Part shown: positions 58,864 to 64,000 of the stretch, piece by piece
Layout: the number at the start of each line of letters is the position of its first letter
Position numbering within the stretch: the stretch's first letter is position 1
IMG/VR virus record: IMGVR_UViG_3300017989_000052
Strand: one strand, 5' to 3'
DNA length: 64,000 nucleotides
Source of the DNA: a virus
Lineage: Duplodnaviria > Heunggongvirae > Uroviricota > Caudoviricetes
The notes under the pieces: generated by a model
What the model was told of the DNA's origin: nothing
The model's database searches: none
The model's input: the letters and a program-made list of their open reading frames with translations, nothing else
Program-made: the position numbers and the translations under genes

Positions 58864-58896
58864 GGGAGGAGCTAATCGCGGCTCCTCCCTTTTTTT
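58864..58896 (+). terminator. rho-independent terminator closing the tRNA cluster
   Basis: GGGAGGAGCTAATCGCGGCTCCTCCC followed by TTTTTTT. Confidence 0.75.
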
Positions 58897-58959
58897 CACT
58901 AAAAAACATAATGTCAAAATACGAAGTTTCTAAAAATCTATCGAAATTCTATAAAAATT

Positions 58960-58980
58960 CCCAATATAATTAAGGTAGGA
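58960..58980 (+). promoter_or_regulatory. conserved promoter-like motif CCCAATATAATTAAGGTAGGA
   Basis: See 54316. Confidence 0.4.
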
Positions 58981-59013
58981 ACGCTTATTTTTCCTCCACA
59001 CAAAGGAAATCAA

Positions 59014-59229
59014 ATGAACACCAACCGCACAATTTACCACGGGAACTGGGGGATTACTTTTCTTAAAGACGGGAACCGGGTAGGTACCTTCTATTTTCCT
59101 GTTGGCCCACAAGGACCTGTAGATCCTTCGTATAATGAAGTAAGGACGATGCGTAATTGTTGGCTGTTTAATGGGGAATTGCCCGATGACGTTGTTTTAC
59201 ATGAAACATTGGAGATAAATAATGGATGA
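59014..59229 (+). CDS. hypothetical protein
   Basis: ORF track. Confidence 0.3.
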   Translation: MNTNRTIYHGNWGITFLKDGNRVGTFYFPVGPQGPVDPSYNEVRTMRNCWLFNGELPDDVVLHETLEINNG

Positions 59230-59818
59230 GGCAGCAATCGCAAAAAAGTTGGTTGATACATTAAAGAAACTGGGATATACGGTTTCCTGTGCTGAATCCT
59301 GTACAGGGGGACTTGTTACCCATCTCATTACCAGGGTTTCTGGGGCTTCTGACTGCCTAAATGAAAGTATCATAACTTATAGCAACTTGGCAAAGGCCAA
59401 GTATTTAGACATCCCTCTGAAAGTTATCGAAGAATCTGGGGCTGTTTCCCAGACTGTGGCAGTTAAAATGGCCGAGGGCATTTGCAAAATCTCCAAAGCC
59501 AATGTAGGAATTGCTATAACTGGAATAGCTGGTCCAGGGGGAGGAACGGCCCTGAAGCCTGTGGGTACAGTTTGGTTAGGGGTTTGTGTTAACGGCAAAA
59601 CCTTGACAGCACTAGTACCCCCCGAACAGGGCTCAACGTACATACCGACAACTATTGATATGGAGGGCCAAAAGAAGACATCGGGGGTATTTCAACCCAT
59701 AAAGAAAGGCATGGGGCGCACTGCTATCCAGAAGGCATCCGCATATAACGCTTTGTCTCTGGCCCTTCTCGCACTATCTGAAGAAAACCTAAATAAAGGA
59801 GAAACATGTTCAAACTAA
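59222..59818 (+). CDS. pncC: CinA C-terminal domain protein / NMN deamidase (PncC-like)
   Basis: VSCAESCTGGLV...ITYSNLAKAKYL...GAVSQTVAVKMAEG...AITGIAGPGGG...KPVGTVW are the hallmark CinA/PncC motifs. Confidence 0.75.
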   Translation: MDEAAIAKKLVDTLKKLGYTVSCAESCTGGLVTHLITRVSGASDCLNESIITYSNLAKAKYLDIPLKVIEESGAVSQTVAVKMAEGICKISKANVGIAITGIAGPGGGTALKPVGTVWLGVCVNGKTLTALVPPEQGSTYIPTTIDMEGQKKTSGVFQPIKKGMGRTAIQKASAYNALSLALLALSEENLNKGETCSN

Positions 59819-60057
59819 TACAATCCCTCTTTCGGAAGAACCAAAGCAAAAAGAATAAGGTTAGGTACACTATTTTTTCCTTTATCGAGGATGGCAGAAA
59901 AAGAACATTCGGCCTCACTCGGATACATGGGATGTCCCGCAAAGACACTTTGATTGAGGTTGAAGCAGCAGGCTTTCCACATATGCTCCACCTAAAGCCT
60001 GACGACCCTAAGGACATCGAACGTATTTGGGAAATTCTACACCGGCCCAAAAGCTAA
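59806..60057 (+). CDS. hypothetical protein
   Basis: ORF track. Confidence 0.3.
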   Translation: MFKLIQSLFRKNQSKKNKVRYTIFSFIEDGRKRTFGLTRIHGMSRKDTLIEVEAAGFPHMLHLKPDDPKDIERIWEILHRPKS

Positions 60058-60518
60058 GGTATTTTCAATATCGGGAGGGAACTATGTCTTTTGAGGGGTA
60101 TGATCAAATCCTATGCGTGAATGGGCATTATCACACGCAGGATGTTTATTGTTCTGGGGATCTCAGCAAATGGACCTGCTTTTGCGGGGGAAGGTGTGCT
60201 TGGTATAACGTAGTCGACGAAACAAACGGAACACATGACCCCGATACGGGGGAACGGATTGACAATTATATCGAATTAGAAGCCCAGGAGAAAAGCCGCC
60301 CGTGCAATAGCCTCGCCGAGAAAACACAGAAACAGCTTAGCAGCTTACCTGTGGGAGTTCTTAGTGTTGATGTTGCGCAGTTTCTCAAAGACCTCATACA
60401 ACCTTTGCTTCTCTCCACCTACGAGGAGGACTCGGAAAAGCCACAAGTTTTCAAGATACCCACGGGCAAAGGCCATAGAATAAGCGAACCATCCTTGAGA
60501 TGGCCTTCTTCCCCCTAA
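60027..60518 (+). CDS. hypothetical Cys-rich protein
   Basis: ORF track. Confidence 0.3.
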   Translation: MGNSTPAQKLRYFQYREGTMSFEGYDQILCVNGHYHTQDVYCSGDLSKWTCFCGGRCAWYNVVDETNGTHDPDTGERIDNYIELEAQEKSRPCNSLAEKTQKQLSSLPVGVLSVDVAQFLKDLIQPLLLSTYEEDSEKPQVFKIPTGKGHRISEPSLRWPSSP

Positions 60519-60532
60519 CGAAGAGGTAAGCC

Positions 60533-60976
60533 ATGCACCGGAATTGCACACACGATTTCGCCTTTTTTGCCGCGCTCAAGCAGTACCTTGATTCCAGCCA
60601 CTGGTTCGAAGGAATGTTGGGCAACGGATGCCTTTCGGAAGGGAAGAAGAAAATTATTCGGGCACAGCTATTCCATTGGCTGGGTTTCGATAGCTCCTGG
60701 CTGGAGCTTGTTGCTGATACCCATCTCGGCTTAATTATTATCAAACAAGACGAAGAAGTACCCGACCATCTTCTTCTGCGCCTAAGTGCTCACTCAAGTC
60801 TGGAAGAAAACCCGGTGTGGCAGGAAGCATGGGAGGCCCTAAAGAGTGAGCTTGGGGCTCTTTTCCCTTATATGGAGGCCTCGATCCAAGATTTTAATCC
60901 GCTAGAACATGACTTCGAGACATATTGCGAAAAAGCGAGGAAGTTAACAAAAGGATGTCCGGCTAAGCAACAATAA
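60533..60976 (+). CDS. hypothetical protein
   Basis: ORF track. Confidence 0.3.
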   Translation: MHRNCTHDFAFFAALKQYLDSSHWFEGMLGNGCLSEGKKKIIRAQLFHWLGFDSSWLELVADTHLGLIIIKQDEEVPDHLLLRLSAHSSLEENPVWQEAWEALKSELGALFPYMEASIQDFNPLEHDFETYCEKARKLTKGCPAKQQ

Positions 60977-60997
60977 CTGGTATTCCGGGCAAAAGAA

Positions 60998-61029
60998 AAG
61001 AGGGCAACTGCTGCCCTCTTTTCTTTTTG
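60998..61029 (+). terminator. rho-independent terminator
   Basis: AAGAGGGCAACTGCTGCCCTCTT followed by TTCTTTTTG. Confidence 0.65.
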
Positions 61030-61099
61030 TTACATCTCAATAAAGTCATGAAAATCAAAGTATTAGAAGAAGAAAGTTTTATCTTTTCAGGAGAAAAAA

Positions 61100-61972
61100 A
61101 TGGGCTGTATTGAAAAAATCTATAGTGTTTCTGCTCTTACAGGGAATGGGGCTTGTAACGCAAATTGTGCGTTTTGTGCCGGGAAGTATTTGAGGGAAGA
61201 AGCAAAAGCAAGCGATAAAAACTCTTATGATCGCCTGTTGGAAGCATCCATTAAACTTTCTGCGCGGTACGGTGGATGGTCTCTTTCCTTTACTTCAAGC
61301 GGCGAGCCTACCTGTGACCCAGAGGCTGTTACTTCTGCTTTACAAATCTATTCTAAGTGCGCAAAGGAAGGGGCATATTTCCCAAACGTTAATCTGTTCA
61401 CAAATGGTATTCTTTTCGGGGATACTCCTTTCTGCACGAAATACCTACCGCTTTGGAAAGAATTAGGGTTAAGCAATATTGTAGTTTCTGTTTTTGACGA
61501 AGACGAGAAAAACCAAGCAAAAGCGTATGGCTTAAAAACATACCCTGATTATACAAAGATTGTCGAAAACGCCCGAAAACATGGAATAGGAGTAAGAGCA
61601 ACTTTATTGCTTGGAAAAGGTGGGGTTGAGAATGGTAAGAAGTACGAGCAAGCAGTAACCACTCTTATCTCAAAAGGAATTAAGAATATTACATCCTGGC
61701 CAGTTGGAAATCCCGATGGATCAAGGAATGAATTTACCCCATCCCGACTAGGGCTTCTAAGTATTCGATGGTGGCTTTTTAGAAATGCAAAGAAATGTCA
61801 TGGACATGTTTGGGGTGGTGGGGTTTATGATTATAAGGGTAGCATTTTAAGATATACAGATTATGTAACAAAGCATGACCCTAAGAAGGATTTTGTGCGC
61901 CAGCTTGTTGTTTTTCAAAATGATGTTGTGGCATATTCATGGATCAGGGAAGGCGCTCTATGTCTAAAGTAA
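61100..61972 (+). CDS. radical SAM enzyme (CxxxCxxC), function unknown
   Basis: GACNANCAFCAG cluster and SGEPT glycine-rich SAM motif. Confidence 0.6.
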   Translation: MGCIEKIYSVSALTGNGACNANCAFCAGKYLREEAKASDKNSYDRLLEASIKLSARYGGWSLSFTSSGEPTCDPEAVTSALQIYSKCAKEGAYFPNVNLFTNGILFGDTPFCTKYLPLWKELGLSNIVVSVFDEDEKNQAKAYGLKTYPDYTKIVENARKHGIGVRATLLLGKGGVENGKKYEQAVTTLISKGIKNITSWPVGNPDGSRNEFTPSRLGLLSIRWWLFRNAKKCHGHVWGGGVYDYKGSILRYTDYVTKHDPKKDFVRQLVVFQNDVVAYSWIREGALCLK

Positions 61973-62745
61973 CTAGCTTATCCCTTTTTGTAGGGACAGG
62001 AAAATGTAATGCGAAGTGTAAACACTGTGCCGGAGTGCCCCTTCGAGAATATGCTCCTAAGACAGATGGTGACGTTGACCTAGAACATCTTTTTCAAGTC
62101 CTACAAGAATGCGCCGCAAAAGGCGCTCACTATCTCTCAATAACTAGCAGTGGGGAACCGACGCTCTCCCCGGAGTCGTTAACTAAGGTTCTACAATTTA
62201 TTAAAGATAAGAAATTTAGGTTTTCGCCTATTAACCTTTACACTAATGGAATTCGAATCGGAGAAGACCTAGAATTTAGTAACCGTTTTCTACCTTTATG
62301 GGCAAGTCTTGGGTTAACATCCCTATATGTCACCATTCACAGTATAGATGAAAAAGTGAATGCAAAAACATATGGGGTTGGGCAATACCCTCCCTTAAAA
62401 CTTATCTTAGAAAGAATACACCGAGCGGGATTATTGATGAGAGCGAATATTATGTTGCATAAAGCTGGGATTTTTTCTTTACAAGATTTTCAATTAACTA
62501 CCCAGCACCTACTTGCTCTTGGGGTTGACAAGATTTCTGCTTGGCCCATCAGGAATCTTAAGGATAAAGTTGACTTAGACTTAGCCCCTTCTATAAAGGT
62601 ATTAGGCTCCATTGAATCCTGGATAAAGAAGCAGGATTTAGATGAAAGGATAAAACTTACCCAAGCAAAGGGAAAGAAGTCAAAGGTTGGGGGGAAACTT
62701 ACTTTGTTTCCAAACGGAAAGCTTTCCAGTTCCTGGTGTAATTAG
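61939..62745 (+). CDS. radical SAM enzyme, paralogue of the upstream gene
   Basis: GKCNAKCKHCAG and SSGEPT, with conserved blocks shared with 61100..61972 (LFTNGI/LYTNGI, LPLWxxLGL). Confidence 0.6.
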   Translation: MDQGRRSMSKVTSLSLFVGTGKCNAKCKHCAGVPLREYAPKTDGDVDLEHLFQVLQECAAKGAHYLSITSSGEPTLSPESLTKVLQFIKDKKFRFSPINLYTNGIRIGEDLEFSNRFLPLWASLGLTSLYVTIHSIDEKVNAKTYGVGQYPPLKLILERIHRAGLLMRANIMLHKAGIFSLQDFQLTTQHLLALGVDKISAWPIRNLKDKVDLDLAPSIKVLGSIESWIKKQDLDERIKLTQAKGKKSKVGGKLTLFPNGKLSSSWCN

Positions 62746-62834
62746 TCTAAAGGTCCTTCGAATATCCGGGGGGATTCTTTATATTTTAGGTATATAAACA
62801 GCGAAATTTATTATTTAAGGGGGTTCATGCTGAG

Positions 62835-63125
62835 TTGAGCAGCAGGCTCTCCCCCATTCGGACAGGAGGACTCAAAATGAAAGTGACAGAGGAACAAATA
62901 AATAAATTAGATAAGCTTCAGGCACAAGAAAACGACGGGAGAGGGGTTAGCTGTGTTAGGTCAATTATATCTTGTCTTCGAAGGGGTCAATATAATGACG
63001 GATTAGCAGGCTGTATTAATGAAAGCGATAAGATCCGAAGCTATCCGGAAATCTACGCCTTTATGGAAGAAATTTTTCCTGAATTCAAACAATTTAACGA
63101 TCGTTTGCGGACCCTCTTTGGTTAG
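62835..63125 (+). CDS. hypothetical small Cys-containing protein
   Basis: ORF track. Confidence 0.3.
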   Translation: MSSRLSPIRTGGLKMKVTEEQINKLDKLQAQENDGRGVSCVRSIISCLRRGQYNDGLAGCINESDKIRSYPEIYAFMEEIFPEFKQFNDRLRTLFG

Positions 63126-63136
63126 GAGCCTTCACT

Positions 63137-64000
63137 TTGGATAATAGTTTACAGAAATCGTTCAATTTTAGTTTTTCTTTAGAAGAAATTGCAGAGCTTT
63201 TAAAGATTAAGTTTTTCGCGAAAAAACCAAAGAAAATCCACCTTTGGACCTTCCAGGAAAACCTTGAATTTTCTGCTCATGGAAATAGCTATACTGAAAA
63301 TTCAGAGATACTTGCAACGTTTCCAGCTATTGTTAAGATTGAGTTTGCCCGAAAAACGGATATTTGGTATTACCCGAATTTTACAGTCTACTGGGAATTA
63401 AACAAGGATCAAATAAAGATATCCAAATTTTATGAAGGGAATGGAGGAAAGCAAGGGAAAGAAAAACTTGCAAATTTTTTAACAGCGGGGGCTGAAGTCC
63501 GAGCTAGGACTAAGGAAGCCTTAGAAGAAAAGCCTTTTATTCTTGAGTGTAAAGAAGATGATTCTCTTCTTAGGAATAAAGACCAGTTCGTAACTGAGAT
63601 GCGAGCACATTACCCCGACCTAGAGTTTGACCTATATAAAGGAAATCTTGTAATTTCGGGCAAAGGGTTTTCTTTTGAAGACCGCTTCCGGTTAACTCGG
63701 AAGACTAGGATCAAGGCGGTAGCCGTAGAAAAATTTAAGGTGAAAATTAAGGTTGCAAGAGTTTTAGGAAATCTTGTTCCGGACGGCTACGCCTTAAACC
63801 TTACTTCGCCTTTAGAGAGGGACGGGGGCGTTATTTTCTTTGGATTGAGGCTAGCCCTGGGCGAAAAATACAAGATACCAATGTATTTAACAGTGGCACA
63901 AATTCGGGATGCCGCACTTTTCCCACATTATGTTTCAGAAAAGATTAAAGAAATAAAGAAAAGCATCCAAGTGCTTGATGAGATCGAGAATTACTTTAAG
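63137..64000 (+). CDS. hypothetical protein, 3'-partial, probable TTG start
   Basis: The frame is open from 63137 to the window end (288 codons); AGGAG ribosome-binding site at 63123-63127; absent from the ATG-based ORF track. Confidence 0.4.
   Translation, partial: MDNSLQKSFNFSFSLEEIAELLKIKFFAKKPKKIHLWTFQENLEFSAHGNSYTENSEILATFPAIVKIEFARKTDIWYYPNFTVYWELNKDQIKISKFYEGNGGKQGKEKLANFLTAGAEVRARTKEALEEKPFILECKEDDSLLRNKDQFVTEMRAHYPDLEFDLYKGNLVISGKGFSFEDRFRLTRKTRIKAVAVEKFKVKIKVARVLGNLVPDGYALNLTSPLERDGGVIFFGLRLALGEKYKIPMYLTVAQIRDAALFPHYVSEKIKEIKKSIQVLDEIENYFK

Overview
This 64 kb window is dense, modular and mostly plus-strand coding, and it looks like part of a large bacteriophage genome (or a phage-like mobile element). 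The standard genetic code is in use: TGA, TAA and TAG all terminate clearly recognisable genes. The evidence for a phage is the gene content: two sigma-70/ECF-type sigma factors, many small ORFs, several tRNA genes, a free-standing HNH endonuclease and no host housekeeping operons.

The strongest theme is RNA and tRNA maintenance. There is a T4 RnlA-like RNA ligase 1 and an Rnl2-type RNA ligase fused to an N-terminal domain carrying the HPNAD signature of tRNA-binding OB folds. There are two separate 2H (HxTx twice) phosphoesterases, a P-loop kinase and a CCA-adding enzyme. There are at least 9 tRNA or tRNA-like genes: Leu-UAA twice, Arg-UCU, Met-CAU, a Lys-UUU-like gene and several structurally aberrant ones. 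The tRNA-Arg(UCU) gene carries a ~193-nt group I intron in its anticodon loop that resembles the Azoarcus and Agrobacterium tRNA introns. Next to that tRNA, a free-standing HNH endonuclease cassette is flanked by 14-bp direct repeats that duplicate the tRNA 3' end.

The second theme is cofactor and nucleotide metabolism: CoaD, NadD, PncC/CinA, a YbiA-like NADAR protein, NAD-dependent LigA, an HGPRT and a CDA-fold deaminase. Other recognisable products are a flap endonuclease (FEN), ClpS, an SPFH protein with an adjacent lipoprotein, an AAA+ ATPase and a tandem pair of radical-SAM paralogues.

Several features have no ready explanation. A family of at least 11 small proteins shares a HEAT/PBS-like C-terminal 'LLTHxNxxVRxFAK' motif, and in one member the motif sits just after an in-frame TAA. 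An in-frame TGA joins two same-frame ORFs on the minus strand. An 'AATATATATAAGGTAGG' motif recurs upstream of genes. There are three tandem ~84-bp repeats and a double-palindrome operator-like site. A tRNA cluster at 57.9-58.9 kb contains composite tRNA-like RNAs of 148 and 150 nt and a 375-nt highly structured non-coding segment.
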